Shown: piece after piece, positions 11,292 through 22,220 of the stretch
How positions within the stretch are numbered: position 1 is the stretch's first letter
Layout of the letters: each line of letters opens with the position of its first letter
Assembly (NCBI GenBank): GCA_965205215.1
Contig: OZ242041.1
Coordinates: 608,001 to 672,000, forward strand
DNA: 64,000 nt
From: Nitrosopumilus sp.
Lineage (GTDB): Archaea; Thermoproteota; Nitrososphaeria; Nitrososphaerales; Nitrosopumilaceae
Direction of reading: 5' to 3'
Translations under genes and position numbers: made by a program
The notes under the pieces: model-generated
Seen by the model: the letters and a program-made list of their open reading frames with translations, nothing else
Told to the model about the DNA's origin: nothing
Database searches by the model: none

Positions 11292-13263
11292 CACCTACAC
11301 AATGCGTATAAGTCTGAATGCGCTGAAGCATTTGGGAATAGGGCTCTACAGCAACATACCATCTGTCTTGTCCGAAGCCGTCGCCAATGCGTGGGATGCC
11401 GACGCTGCAAACGTCAAGATAAAAACAGACCGGGAGAGAAAGACGATCACGATAGAAGACGACGGGGTGGGCATGAGCATATCCGATGCCAACCGCAAAT
11501 ATCTGCGTGTGGGATACCCACGCAGGGAAGACAGCGGCGACATGACGGCCAAAGGTAGGCCCGTAATGGGACGAAAGGGCATTGGCAAGCTTTCGTTGTT
11601 TTCCGTGGCCAATACCATTACAGTACACAGCGTCAAAGGCGGAGAATGTCACGGATTCGTAATGGATGCAGAGAAAATAAAAAGTACACTCGGACAAGAC
11701 CGCGTTTCCGAATACCATCCAGATTCCGTGAGTCCTGCCCCCGATCTGTCGCGAGGGACGCGTCTAACTCTCTCGGACATAAAACCGCAAATGCGCAGCA
11801 CCAGCATAGATGCACTGAAAAAGAAAATCTCCCGTAGGTTCAACATACTGGACAACGGCTTCCGCGTAACACTTGACGGATATCACGTCACATTTCGAGA
11901 TCGTGATTACCACAACAAGCTTCAGTATGTGTGGGTATTCGGAGATCTTGGAGCCACAGTGATCCCGGAGACGGAAGATCTCCGACACGAAAAACTGGAT
12001 TCCACGGTAGATATTGATGGGCGCACTGTAAAAATTGACGGATGGATTGGAACTGCTACACAGTCGGGACAGCTGAAGGACGGCGATCAGAACATCAACA
12101 AGATCTCCGTGATGGTCAGAGGAAAAATGGCGCAGGACGACATACTTGGAGAGATGAGTGAAGGCAGGCTGTTCAGCAAATACATCATAGGGGAAGTATA
12201 TGCAGATTTTTTGGATCAAAGTGATGGTGAGGACATCATGACCACCAACAGGCAAAAAATCATGGAAGACGATCCGCGATACATTGCACTGATAGACAAG
12301 ATCAAGAACGATCTTAACACCATAGGCTCCAAATGGACCAATCTGAGAAACGAAGAGGGGGAGAAGACCGCACTCAAAATAAACGAGATTGGCAAGTGGT
12401 ACAACGAACTTCCTAGTGACCGTCGAGCGGCCGCCAAGAAGATGTTTGGCAAGATCAACCAGCTGCCCATTGACAATGAAGACGATAAGCGCCGCCTGTT
12501 CATAGGCGGCATACTGGCGTTTGAAAGCCTGAAACTCAGGGACATGCTTGACAAGCTAGAACGACTAGATGTAGACGGCCTAGACATGTTGAAGGAAATA
12601 TTCTTGCAGCTAGACGACCTTGAGGCCAGCTCGTACTACCAGACAGTCAAGAACCGGCTGACGGTAATTCAGAGGCTGAAAGATGTAGTTGACGACGACG
12701 AATTGGAAAAAGTTGTGCAGCAGCTCATATTTGACCACCTGTGGCTTATAGACCCGACATGGAAGAGAATCGAGGGTACGGAAAGGAACGAGTCACTGAT
12801 ACGCACAGAGTTCGACAAAATTACCGCAAAACTGACGGAAGAAGAAAAGAATGGCAGGATCGACATACAGTACAAGGCGATGGACAATAGCCATGTCATT
12901 ATAGAGTTAAAGCGCCCGGGCGTCGTCACTGAAACCGCTGCTGTCATCAAGCAGATTAGTAAATACAAATCAGCTGTCACAAAGATCCTCCAACAATCTG
13001 AATCTGAATCACCAGAGACGGTGAAGGCCGTATGTGTGCTGGGAAAGAGCTTAAGGGATTGGGGTAAAAATGACGAAGGCCGAAACGAATCGATCAAAGC
13101 ACTTTCCGCATATTCGATCAAAATCCTATTCTACGAAGGTCTGATCTCCAGCGCCGAACGGACACACGCCGAGTATTTAAAAAAGCAAAAGGAGGTCTCC
13201 CGAGTATACAGACTCATTACGGGCATTAGCGTTGGCGACAAGGAAGTCATGAACCCGTCGTGA
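11272..13263 (+). CDS. MORC/GHKL ATPase with C-terminal nuclease-like domain (HgiDII-like restriction protein)
   Basis: 'EAVANAWDADA', 'DDGVGM', 'GRKGIGKLS'; C-terminal 'RIDI...IIELKRP'. It overlaps the end of the methyltransferase. Confidence 0.85.
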   Translation: MDAIAPNTYTMRISLNALKHLGIGLYSNIPSVLSEAVANAWDADAANVKIKTDRERKTITIEDDGVGMSISDANRKYLRVGYPRREDSGDMTAKGRPVMGRKGIGKLSLFSVANTITVHSVKGGECHGFVMDAEKIKSTLGQDRVSEYHPDSVSPAPDLSRGTRLTLSDIKPQMRSTSIDALKKKISRRFNILDNGFRVTLDGYHVTFRDRDYHNKLQYVWVFGDLGATVIPETEDLRHEKLDSTVDIDGRTVKIDGWIGTATQSGQLKDGDQNINKISVMVRGKMAQDDILGEMSEGRLFSKYIIGEVYADFLDQSDGEDIMTTNRQKIMEDDPRYIALIDKIKNDLNTIGSKWTNLRNEEGEKTALKINEIGKWYNELPSDRRAAAKKMFGKINQLPIDNEDDKRRLFIGGILAFESLKLRDMLDKLERLDVDGLDMLKEIFLQLDDLEASSYYQTVKNRLTVIQRLKDVVDDDELEKVVQQLIFDHLWLIDPTWKRIEGTERNESLIRTEFDKITAKLTEEEKNGRIDIQYKAMDNSHVIIELKRPGVVTETAAVIKQISKYKSAVTKILQQSESESPETVKAVCVLGKSLRDWGKNDEGRNESIKALSAYSIKILFYEGLISSAERTHAEYLKKQKEVSRVYRLITGISVGDKEVMNPS

Positions 13264-14130
13264 GTCGTAAGGGCCAACCGTTGCACCGTTACACACGGGG
13301 ATGTAAAGATACAGGCGCTCGACAAAGGTCTAAAACTAGGCGTTGGACAGTTGAAGTCTGATCTCAAAGACGGGATAACAAAGAAAGTCTTTTCACAACA
13401 GTTAAGAAACAAATTCACTCCTCCAATAACATGGTTGGACGTTGCGAGGTGTGTGGTAAGAGTTGTAGTGGTTACGTATGCGAAGAACACGCTTGTGCTC
13501 ATTGTGGTATACGCCCAGTCAAAAAAGGCAGCAGTTATTGTGTAGTTGATAACATATACGACCGATTAAATAAAATGCCCTAGTCATCCTTTACCTTCTA
13601 ACTAGGTGCCGATTGTCCACTCTAATCTCGGTTCTGTCTCGCAAGATGGTGGATATAGCTAGAGGTCAATATGGACGTATTCCTATAGAATCTAGTAAGA
13701 GGCTTTCTTCGTGATGACGTAGGTAGAGGACAGATGACGCGCGTCCCTGAACTTCAAGAACTGAAACATCTGTTTGGCCGTATTGGCGGTCTTATGACCG
13801 TCTCCTGTGTTCCACTTGTTTGTACGTATAGCCCTAATGAATACACATTTTGTCCATAGTCAGGTCGGAAGAGGTGGTGTGACTGAGCCGGACTTCCAGC
13901 CGCGATGATAAATCGGATAATTTCTATGTGAGTATCGCTGCTGCCTATTTTCGACACTTCTGCCCAAGCCCTTCTTGGCCGTTGCGAGAGTTGGGCTCTG
14001 TCGTGGAAAAACTGAGCGCGATAAGGCCGTCGACGTATTGGGTATGTGGCTGGAACCCGCTCCCGTGATGCGGAAGCGTGATAGTATGACGGAGGTGTGC
14101 GGAGACACGGCTGATTGCTGTTGGTTCCGA

Positions 14131-14330
14131 CGGTGCCCGTGCTGTGCCGGTGCCCGTGCTGTGCCGGTGCCCGTGCTGTGCCGGTGCCCGTGCTGTGCCG
14201 GTGCCCGTGCTGTGCCGGTGCCCGTGCTGTGCCGGTGCCCGTGCTGTGCCGGTGCCCGTGCTGTGCCGGTGCCCGTGCTGTGCCGGTGCCCGTGCTGTGC
14301 CGGTGCCCGTGCTGTGCCGGTGCCCGTGCT
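14131..14330. repeat. 17-bp tandem repeat (CGGTGCCCGTGCTGTGC), about 11.8 copies
   Basis: Perfect tandem copies read directly from the sequence. Confidence 0.97.
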
Positions 14331-14949
14331 AGTATCCCCCCCCATGCCTAGCGCCTGTCAAAGTCTACAAAGTTGACGACATTGTCGACACCTATGCCTG
14401 GAACGCCCAAAAAGTCTACAGGTCTAGACACCTCGTGTGAAGGCGCGACGTACTTGACGGGTCTAGTCAAACCGTACGACTGCTGGCCTCGGAGCGGCGA
14501 CGCGTGCCGTATGCTGCCGCGACATTCTGACTGCTCATGTCTGGAAGATGATGTGCGCAAAGCCAGATCCCGCGCAGATCAATCTTCGACAGTGAGAAAA
14601 GCTGTGGACCTGACGTAAGCGGGGGACGAGCTGCCGTTCTGGGCGCAGACCATTTCCCGGGCTGATCAACGCGGCGCGCTCTTGAAGTCGGCGCATGTCG
14701 TGGGACGACTGAACGGTGAGTACGTCGGCGCGCCGTCAGATGGTGTGTTTTTCGCGGGAAGTCGGGCCGCCAGGCCCGACCGTATGTGGGAGGGGGCCGC
14801 CGCTAGGCGGCCCCCGGCCGTTTCGTGATTGCTGTGCGTGAGGAACATTCGTTTTTTCGTGTCCGTGAGTAAATGCAAGGTGATCTGCCCGCCGGGCCGT
14901 GTACGATGGATCTGCGGGTGCCGCTCGTATGCACGTTGTACACGTGTTT

Positions 14950-15046
14950 AATGCAGATTGTGCAGCGCCGTAATGCAGATTGTGCACGTGGGAAAACCCC
15001 GTGAATGCAGATTGTGCAGCGCCGTAATGCAGATTGTGCACGTGGG
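14950..15046. repeat. iteron-like array of AATGCAGATTGTGCA x4 upstream of AbrB-1
   Basis: Copies at about 14950, 14972, 15004 and 15026 (spacing 22/32/22 bp). Confidence 0.9.
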
Positions 15047-15119
15047 AGACACCCTTGCGGGCCGTTTACGAGCATGTCGTGCATTTTCGGCCTTTTATGC
15101 ATCTGCGGGTTTGCGGTAC

Positions 15120-15443
15120 ATGGAGGTTGAAGACATACAGAGAAAGATCCAGTTCCGACAGGGTTCCTATACCGTCACCATACCGCTCCGGATAGTCCAC
15201 ACGCTGGGGATCCGCAAGAACCAGTACGTTAGGTTCGCCGTCTCAAAGAACAAGGTCATCATAAAGCCCGTCGAGTCCAACATTACGAAAAAGGATGTGG
15301 CCGAGGCCGACCGTGACTCTGCCGCGCTCGACAGGTACGGGGAGCCGAAGGATGCCGGTTACATGGGGGATCTCGCCGAGGCCCTAGCGCGCAGGCCGGA
15401 TGATGTGGGGCCCGGCCGAATCGAGAAGCTCAGGATGAAGTGA
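15120..15443 (+). CDS. AbrB/MazE/SpoVT-fold DNA-binding protein (AbrB-1)
   Basis: 'RKIQFRQGSYTVTIPLRIVHTLGIRKNQYVRF...KVIIKP'; C-terminal tail 'RIEKLRMK'. Confidence 0.85.
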   Translation: MEVEDIQRKIQFRQGSYTVTIPLRIVHTLGIRKNQYVRFAVSKNKVIIKPVESNITKKDVAEADRDSAALDRYGEPKDAGYMGDLAEALARRPDDVGPGRIEKLRMK

Positions 15444-16365
15444 CAGTCATGTACGCGTGTTTTTTCTGCTCCCCCTCCGTCTAGCCGCTCCACTCTCCCT
15501 TATCGGGAGGGGGAAGGCTCTTGGATAATCGTGATGCTCGGCCAAGCCCGGTCTAGGCCCGCCCTGCAATGTTGTACGTGGCGTTCTCCGGGCGGCTCTG
15601 GATCCCGCCTGCGTACTCTGGCTCGACGCTTCTCGGAACCTTCTGGTAGTCACAGGCCACAAAGTCGGCCCGGTCCCCACCCTCTTTGAGCCATCGGGAG
15701 GCCATGGCCGCGGACTATCCCTCTGAGATGCGCCTTTGCTGTCTTTGCCGCCGGACCCGCTGACGGCGGTGCAGGTGTCGGTGCCTCCGTGTCTGATGCC
15801 TGCCAGAGTCGACAGAGTCGCGCTTGGAGCCTGCTAGTTGGGGGGGAGAACGGCTGGTCTCGATCAGCGGAGTTGACAAAGATGTGTACCTCCCATCAAC
15901 AGTGGACAGTCTCATGCTGTGTCCCTGCCGCTTGATTCGTCCATGCCTGGTGAAAAATTGGAGCGCAAGCGCGAAGAGCTCCGAAGATACGGCCCTCCCG
16001 TGCTGAATCAACAGCGGGAATTCAACCGTCTTGGGTCGGGAAAGATTCGAGAGCAGGAGCCGCCGGATGACCGGACCCATGTCAGGGATGCCATGACGGG
16101 ACGCGCCCCGGAGTGTGCCGCCAAGCAAACGGAACGGCCGCGCCGTGTCCTGGATCCGTACGATGCTGCGCGCTGTGTTTGGGCTGCCGGCTTGAGACGT
16201 CGGCCGGGGCGGATTCGCGCCTGTCAAGTGGACCCCCGGTCCTGCCGGAGGAGCGCCGGCTTGACGGCGCCTGTATGTGGAGTGTGTCGGGGGAGCGCCG
16301 GTCGTCGTCTGGGTGACATGCCAATATGCGAACGCGGTATCCGACTCGTGCCGTCAAGTCATATT

Positions 16366-16636
16366 GCATGTTTCACATGCTTTGCAGGTGCGCCGTACGC
16401 GCGCTTTACAGGCTTTGCCGGCATGCAGGACGCGTGTTTCACATGTCTTACCGGTATGCCGGACACCTGCTTTACATGATCTGCCTGCGTTCCGGGCGCA
16501 TGTTTCACATGCTTTGCCTGTGCGCCGTACGCCGGCTTTACCGGCTTTACCGGCTCTTCCTGCTTTGCCTGCGTTCCGGGCGCATGTTTCACATGCTTTG
16601 CCTGTGCGCCGTACGCCGGCTTTACCGGCTTTGCCA
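16366..16636. repeat. degenerate repeat array (about 33-bp period, core TTTCACATGCTTTGC) upstream of AbrB-2
   Basis: Cores at about 16371, 16437, 16503 and 16587, with degenerate copies between them. Confidence 0.85.
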
Positions 16637-16673
16637 GCTTTTACCCTTAAGTGGATATGACGCGTCAGGGGCC

Positions 16674-16979
16674 ATGGAAGAGGAGATAATCGAGCGCACG
16701 GTGCAGCTGAACCGGGGATCGTTCATCCTGACGATACCGCAGGCCATAGCAAAAGAGGCGGGGATCCGCAAGGGGCAGGGCGTCAGGTTCCGCGTCAGGG
16801 ACGGGGAGATCGTGATAAGCCCCACCGACATCCTGGGCGGCAGTGAGTCCGACCCGGCAGGCCCCGACAAGTACAAGAGGGCCATAGAGGAGATGATGGC
16901 AAAGGACAGTGCCGAAAGGTCCGGCGGCCGGGGCACGGCATCCGGGAAAAGCAAGCTGGAAAGGCTCCGGCTCAAATGA
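16674..16979 (+). CDS. AbrB-fold DNA-binding protein (AbrB-2)
   Basis: 'RTVQLNRGSFILTIPQAIAKEAGIRKGQGVRF...IVISP'; tail 'SGKSKLERLRLK'. Confidence 0.88.
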   Translation: MEEEIIERTVQLNRGSFILTIPQAIAKEAGIRKGQGVRFRVRDGEIVISPTDILGGSESDPAGPDKYKRAIEEMMAKDSAERSGGRGTASGKSKLERLRLK

Positions 16980-17507
16980 CCGTCCCGTATCCCGCGCCTC
17001 TCCTCGTCTGAGCGCCGCGCAGGCCTGCCGCACCCCCGGGCTCTGGGACCGCACGCGGCACCGTCCAAGCCGCATCTTTTTCCGCGTGTCTCCATCAAGC
17101 GTGTCCGGGACGGCCCCGCACCCCCACCCGCCGGCCCGATCTCCACCGGGCGCGCCGTTGTCACCCGGGCGCCGCCGGGTCCGTCCCCGCCGTCCTTCAC
17201 TCTGCGCGTCTTTCGGACCCTAGAGTACCGCGCATGGCACGTCTCTGATGACAACGGGAATCTCCAATTCGGGTGCGGTTCAGTAGCCGGGCATCTGCCA
17301 TGTCGTTTTCAGACTGATCTCTCAAGGCCCCTTGGGCATGTCCGCTCCCGCCCTGCATGCCTCACCGCTTACTATTCGTCACACGGCCCGATTCCACACC
17401 TCTGGATCCCCCCCCGCCTGCACGATGCCTGTTTTCTGGGCGTACCGGGATCGCCCGGGGGATGATCTGCTGCGGAGGCGGCAACGGTGGCACGGCGGGC
17501 TTTGGCG

Positions 17508-18197
17508 GTTACCCGCAAAGTTTCATAGAGCGCTATGAAAGTTTGCGGGTAAGCTGTATGCCGGGGGGCCGCCTAGGTGATGATTTACAGTGGGAACAAC
17601 GGCAGCACGACGGCGGGGACGAACTGCGGCAGTTACCCGGTAACAATCATAGAGCACTATGATTGTTACCGGGTAACTGCGGCGGCGGCGGCGGACGTAT
17701 CCATGTCACGGAACGCCTGCCTCCGGATTGGCCGCTGCCGGTAGCAGCGCACTCCGTACATGCGCGTAGCGCCCCCGGCCACACCAATTCGTTACAAGGC
17801 GGCCTAACATCTGCGCCGATCCGTCTTGTTCGTGTAAGGGCGTTTCCAAGGGACCGGTTGTGGTGGGACGGTGGGATAACGGCAGAGCGCTTACCCGGAA
17901 ACAATCATAGAGCTTGTTGATTGTTTCCGGGTAACTCGACTGCACGCCTTGGAGGCCGCCCGGGAGATGATCTGCGGTGAAGACAACGGCAGTACAGCGG
18001 CGGGAACGGGCTGCGGCGGTTACGCGCGAAGTTTCATAGAGCTCTATGATTCTTTGCGCGTAACCCAGCTGCATGCCTAGGGGCCGCCCGGGGGATGATC
18101 TGCAGTGGAGCCAGCCACGGCAGCGCGGCGGCAGGAACGGGTTTCGGTAGCCATACCCGGAAAGAATCATAGAGCTCTATGATTGTTTCCGGGTACG
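17508..18197. repeat. cluster of five 46-bp palindromes inside larger degenerate repeat units
   Basis: Copies at 17508, 17632, 17890, 18019 and 18152; approximate consensus GTTACCCG-N5-WWTCATAG-N4-CTATGAWW-N5-CGGGTAAC. Confidence 0.92.
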
Positions 18198-18408
18198 TGC
18201 GTCGCAGATGGTGGGACGTACTAGTATCGTGAAATGCCTGCTTCCGACTTGGCCGTTGCTGGCAGCTGTAGACTTCTGTGCACGCGCGCAACGTCCCGCC
18301 GCGGGTCCACTGCCCATCTCTAGGCCCGGGCAGGGGAAGAGGTGGCTGGACGTCTACAACCATTCCGCGCGCCGAGTTTTTATGCCATGCATATCGGAGA
18401 TAACTGGC

Positions 18409-20064
18409 ATGATTCCGGCAGACGTCACCGATGGGCACATCCGGAAAGCCGTGCGGAGGATCACTAACCGCGGATTTCCAGCGCGACGCAAAAGCCGGAA
18501 CTATTGTCTTGCGGTAGACGGCAGGCACTTTCCGCCGAAATACACGATCGCATTGGCCCATAAGATCGCCACGGGAGGTTTTCTGGACTCGGGGCAATTC
18601 TCCGGGGGCGACGAGTCAGAGCGCTTTCTTCGTGATCGCGGATTCGCCGTAGTCGCGTGCGGCTGCGGCGGGTACCGTCGCGATGCCGGTTCTGCGCCCA
18701 TGACGCCGCAGGGCTTGCCGCGGCAGGACGGGGCCCAGGCGGTGACTGGGGGGCGTCCCACGGGTTCCGATGTGAATGTACGCCCCCCGCCAGGCCGGGC
18801 GGCACCACCGGCCCTGCGCGTGGCGCTGGTGTTTCCATCGCTAAAGTCGCTCCGCCGTCCAAGGATACCTGCCGCAGGAAAATTTGCTGGCGAGGGAGTG
18901 GACTTTGTGCTCTTTCCAGAGGAATACATTGACTCGTCCGATGAAACACGCGTCGAGACGCTGAAGACACTCGCGTCGGATCTGGGCGCGCCACTGTTAG
19001 TGGGCGCTCTCAATAGCGTTGAAGAAGGTGACATGGAGATTCTTCTTCGCTTCGATCCCGACGGCTCCGCCCCGGTTCGGCTATACACAAAGCACTCCAC
19101 CGCCGACATGGTTGCCTTTGAGATGCCCGGTTGGAATCCGCGCGGCATGCTGCCCGCGTTTGAGTTGGGAGGTGTGAGGGCAGGGGCGACCATTTGCCAT
19201 GACTGCTATCTGGGGCTGCTTCAGCGCCACTTGGCCAAGAGCGGAGCGCGCCTTTGGCTGAACCCGAGTTATAACAACGTGATTGATGTCAAGTGGTCGT
19301 CGGTTCTGCGGCTGAGGGCGGTGGAGAATCGCCTCTTTGCCCTCTGCACGCTACACGATGACAAGTCCAAACGGACTCATCCGTTTGCATTCTCACCGGA
19401 CGGCAACGAACTCTATGCCAGGAAGGCCGGTTCCTCAGACAGGCGGCCGATCTCGGACTGTACGGAGGCCGATGCCGTCTATATGGTCGATCTCGATACC
19501 GCCTCTGCTGGCAAACAGCTCGATTGGTCGAGCCTTTCGCGCGCCGCCAAGCCACCGCGACCAAACAAAGATCCCAAAAAACCCGTCCGCGTATCATTGA
19601 GGGGCGGCCGGCCGGCGGTTTACGCAGAAGGGCACTGGTGTAACGGTGCCAGTGACCGCCGCACTCGGACGGAGCATGGCGGGGCATACGTGGGCGTGGT
19701 ACGCGACAAGGATGTTCTGGATGCCGCCGCGTGCTTTGGCGTAATTTACAGTGCGCATGAGATGGACTGCCGCCCGATCATCTGGAACCACTGGGATCGC
19801 CTCCCGACGGAGCCGGATCGTCTGGCAAACCTCGTGATGGGAAGGGCCATTGAGTGCTGTGCGCCGATAATAATTTCGGATAAAACCGGGATTCGAGAAC
19901 TGGTGGAGTTGTCCAGTGGATACAAGATCCCGGTCCGGAGAGTTGTTAACCAGTCCGAAGCTGTGGTCGATCTTGGATATGCGTGGGGCCTGTCCAGCGC
20001 ACTCAAGATGGCCACCAAAAACACTACGGCGGCATTGGACCTGTATAGGAGTCTAACTGAGTGA
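18409..20064 (+). CDS. fusion of a restriction-associated N-terminal domain, a carbon-nitrogen hydrolase (nitrilase) domain and an unknown C-terminal domain
   Basis: N-terminal 'YCLAVDGRHFPPKY...FSGG...FLRDRGF'. Nitrilase triad contexts 'LFPEE', 'YTKH', 'ICHD', plus 'RAVEN'. Confidence 0.75.
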   Translation: MIPADVTDGHIRKAVRRITNRGFPARRKSRNYCLAVDGRHFPPKYTIALAHKIATGGFLDSGQFSGGDESERFLRDRGFAVVACGCGGYRRDAGSAPMTPQGLPRQDGAQAVTGGRPTGSDVNVRPPPGRAAPPALRVALVFPSLKSLRRPRIPAAGKFAGEGVDFVLFPEEYIDSSDETRVETLKTLASDLGAPLLVGALNSVEEGDMEILLRFDPDGSAPVRLYTKHSTADMVAFEMPGWNPRGMLPAFELGGVRAGATICHDCYLGLLQRHLAKSGARLWLNPSYNNVIDVKWSSVLRLRAVENRLFALCTLHDDKSKRTHPFAFSPDGNELYARKAGSSDRRPISDCTEADAVYMVDLDTASAGKQLDWSSLSRAAKPPRPNKDPKKPVRVSLRGGRPAVYAEGHWCNGASDRRTRTEHGGAYVGVVRDKDVLDAAACFGVIYSAHEMDCRPIIWNHWDRLPTEPDRLANLVMGRAIECCAPIIISDKTGIRELVELSSGYKIPVRRVVNQSEAVVDLGYAWGLSSALKMATKNTTAALDLYRSLTE

Positions 20065-20387
20065 CCCCATGCCTGCGCCAGAGGCATTGGCCCGCATACA
20101 AGGTTTGTGGGCGCTAGGCCTACCTCCCGAATGGACGCGGAGGCCGCGGCGCATTTCGGGACGTATGCAGGCATCATTACCGCAAGTGGCCGTCCAGTCT
20201 GGAGTTACTGCGCTGACTGGTGCATGGGCGCCTGCACGGTCCGGCGCGGCTTTTCTGCGTGCGCGCAGAATATCAAGGCGCGCGAACAGGCGACGATCTC
20301 CGCGTCAGAGTGCAGATCTAGGGACCGCGAGCATACAGGGCACGTTTTATTGTCCATGCGGCCAGCCCCGCATGGCGCATAAAAGCC

Positions 20388-21680
20388 TCAGTCCTTCTTG
20401 GAGGAAGACTCGATCCTGCACGCAAGCTGTTCCACCATGAGGCGCAGCTTTGCAATCTCGCGGTCCTTTTCATCCTCCAGCAGTGTTATCCGCTCGGACT
20501 GCCTTGCGTTTGCCAGGCGCAGCCGGGCCGCGTCGTCTATGGTCAGGGCGGGCACCGACTGCAGATACTCTTCTGCCAGCTCCATCACGTGCGTCTTGAA
20601 GTAGTTGCGGTCCAGGCTCACCAGGCCGACGTGCCCCATCATGTACTCCTTGCGTATCAGGGACGACAGGGGCGACTCCTTTGAGGAGGACTCTTTGCAC
20701 GCCTTGTTCCAGAACCGCCTAAAGCCGTTCATGATCGGCACGTCAAACAGGTTGCGCGACTTTCTGCCGGAATCGCGCAGCCCGGCCGCGCGCGCCGCCT
20801 TTTCGATCCTCTTCTTGATCAGGGCAGGGGTGGTCCTTTCGGGCAGGCTTCCGACCTTTTTGAAGATGGGATCGCCGGGCTTGGGGGGCCTGCCGACCTC
20901 TGCAGCCCACACGTTATGATAGTCCATTACCGCGGCGTACGCCTCCGGCGTGATGAACGCTGGATAGCTTGCGTTCGTGCGGCCGTATACTGTAAGCAGC
21001 GCGCAGACGGGCTCTGCCGCGCCGTCTACACCGTTGTCCCCAAAGCCGAGGGAGCCACCGCCGTTGTCCTCACCACTATCGATACTGCTGCCCCCTGTAG
21101 CGACGCGGTATATCGGCTTGAGGTCCGACCACCGCAGCATCTCAAACCCACCGGCCCTCATGCCGGAGCTGGCCGCGACCAATATGGCGGCCCTGTCGGC
21201 CGACCCCTTGGCAAACCGGAGCATGGACTGTATCTCCGTCCTGTCCCACCCGCGCGATTCCGTGATGTTGTCGGACTCGGGGAACGTCGAGTACACGCGC
21301 TTCCACGGCATGGAGACGCCGTTCATATCGAACAGCTTTTTGAGCGGCTTGAAATAGTTGGAGACGCCCGACGGATTAAAGTAGTCGGGATGGTCGTGCG
21401 GCAGCGCGCTGCGCCCGCGGATCTTTTTTGATATGCGCAGTATGAGGTCCAGCGCGTGGTCAGGATCGTCCTTGCCCAGCCGCACGAGCTGCGCCGCGCG
21501 CTCCTCAAACGTGCCTTCCAGCACCTCCTCCAGCATGCTGCACAATAACCGTTTGAGCGTGCGCGTGTACGTCCTTCTAGTCTCGTCTGCCCTGATGCCC
21601 TGCCAGAACAGGTCGAGGGGCGCTGTGAGTGACGCGGCGTCCCGGCAGTCCTCCAACTCCTCTTTTGTAATCTTGATCAT
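20388..21680 (-). CDS. tyrosine recombinase/integrase
   Basis: 'ASSGMRAG', 'NGFRRF', 'YMMGH' and 'DRNYF' match the catalytic R...xxR...H...Y set, with N in place of the first H. Confidence 0.9.
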   Translation of the reverse strand: MIKITKEELEDCRDAASLTAPLDLFWQGIRADETRRTYTRTLKRLLCSMLEEVLEGTFEERAAQLVRLGKDDPDHALDLILRISKKIRGRSALPHDHPDYFNPSGVSNYFKPLKKLFDMNGVSMPWKRVYSTFPESDNITESRGWDRTEIQSMLRFAKGSADRAAILVAASSGMRAGGFEMLRWSDLKPIYRVATGGSSIDSGEDNGGGSLGFGDNGVDGAAEPVCALLTVYGRTNASYPAFITPEAYAAVMDYHNVWAAEVGRPPKPGDPIFKKVGSLPERTTPALIKKRIEKAARAAGLRDSGRKSRNLFDVPIMNGFRRFWNKACKESSSKESPLSSLIRKEYMMGHVGLVSLDRNYFKTHVMELAEEYLQSVPALTIDDAARLRLANARQSERITLLEDEKDREIAKLRLMVEQLACRIESSSKKD

Positions 21681-22100
21681 TGCCCGGACGCGCCCCCTGA
21701 AACCCATAAAAGCACCTGTGGAGGGGCGGATCCCGCGTCCATGCGCGCCGCCGTGACACCCGCTCCCGGTTTCCGCCTTCCGAGCCTTTTCTTCCTATCT
21801 ATGATCATTTTTTCCACATGCCGGAACCCAAAAGAGTACCGGTATAGGAGCGGGTCTAGAGGGGTTAGCCAGCTGTAACGGGCAGAACCCGGATTTTCTG
21901 GGATTCGAACCCTGCATGTCACATGGTAGCGAGTGTCCAATTAATAAGAATATGGAATCTTGGGCGGGCAGACCCGGCCGCGGTTAACCAGAATGAATTG
22001 GCAGGACCTAGGGCGCAGCGCGTGCGCGCATGACGGCGGTTGCCGGCAATGACGGCTGGAAACAGGCATTACGCGATGCGTGCGCGTCCCACCGGTTCAA

Positions 22101-22146
22101 GTTACCCGCAAACTTTCATAGCGCACTATGATTCTTTGCGGGTAAC
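22101..22146. repeat. 46-bp palindrome, copy 6
   Basis: GTTACCCGCAAACTTTCATAG-CGCA-CTATGATTCTTTGCGGGTAAC. Confidence 0.92.
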
Positions 22147-22220
22147 TGCTGCGGCTGTCCTCCACTGGACCGCATGCAGAACGGCGATCCCCCTTTTATC
22201 ATATTGAAGACATGCCATGC

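Noticed and set aside
13860-14376. Cys-rich ORFs (RCPCCAGARAVPVPVLC)n
   Set aside because: They are open in several frames only because of the 17-bp repeat; there is no independent coding evidence.
17508-18197. CRISPR array
   Set aside because: The repeats vary, the intervening sequences are about 80-210 bp and homologous to each other, and there are no cas genes in the window.
21895-21915. tRNA or att site suggested by GGGTTCGAATCCC on the minus strand upstream of the integrase
   Set aside because: Only an imperfect T-arm is present. No acceptor, D or anticodon arm could be folded and no second copy was seen; at most a degenerate att remnant.
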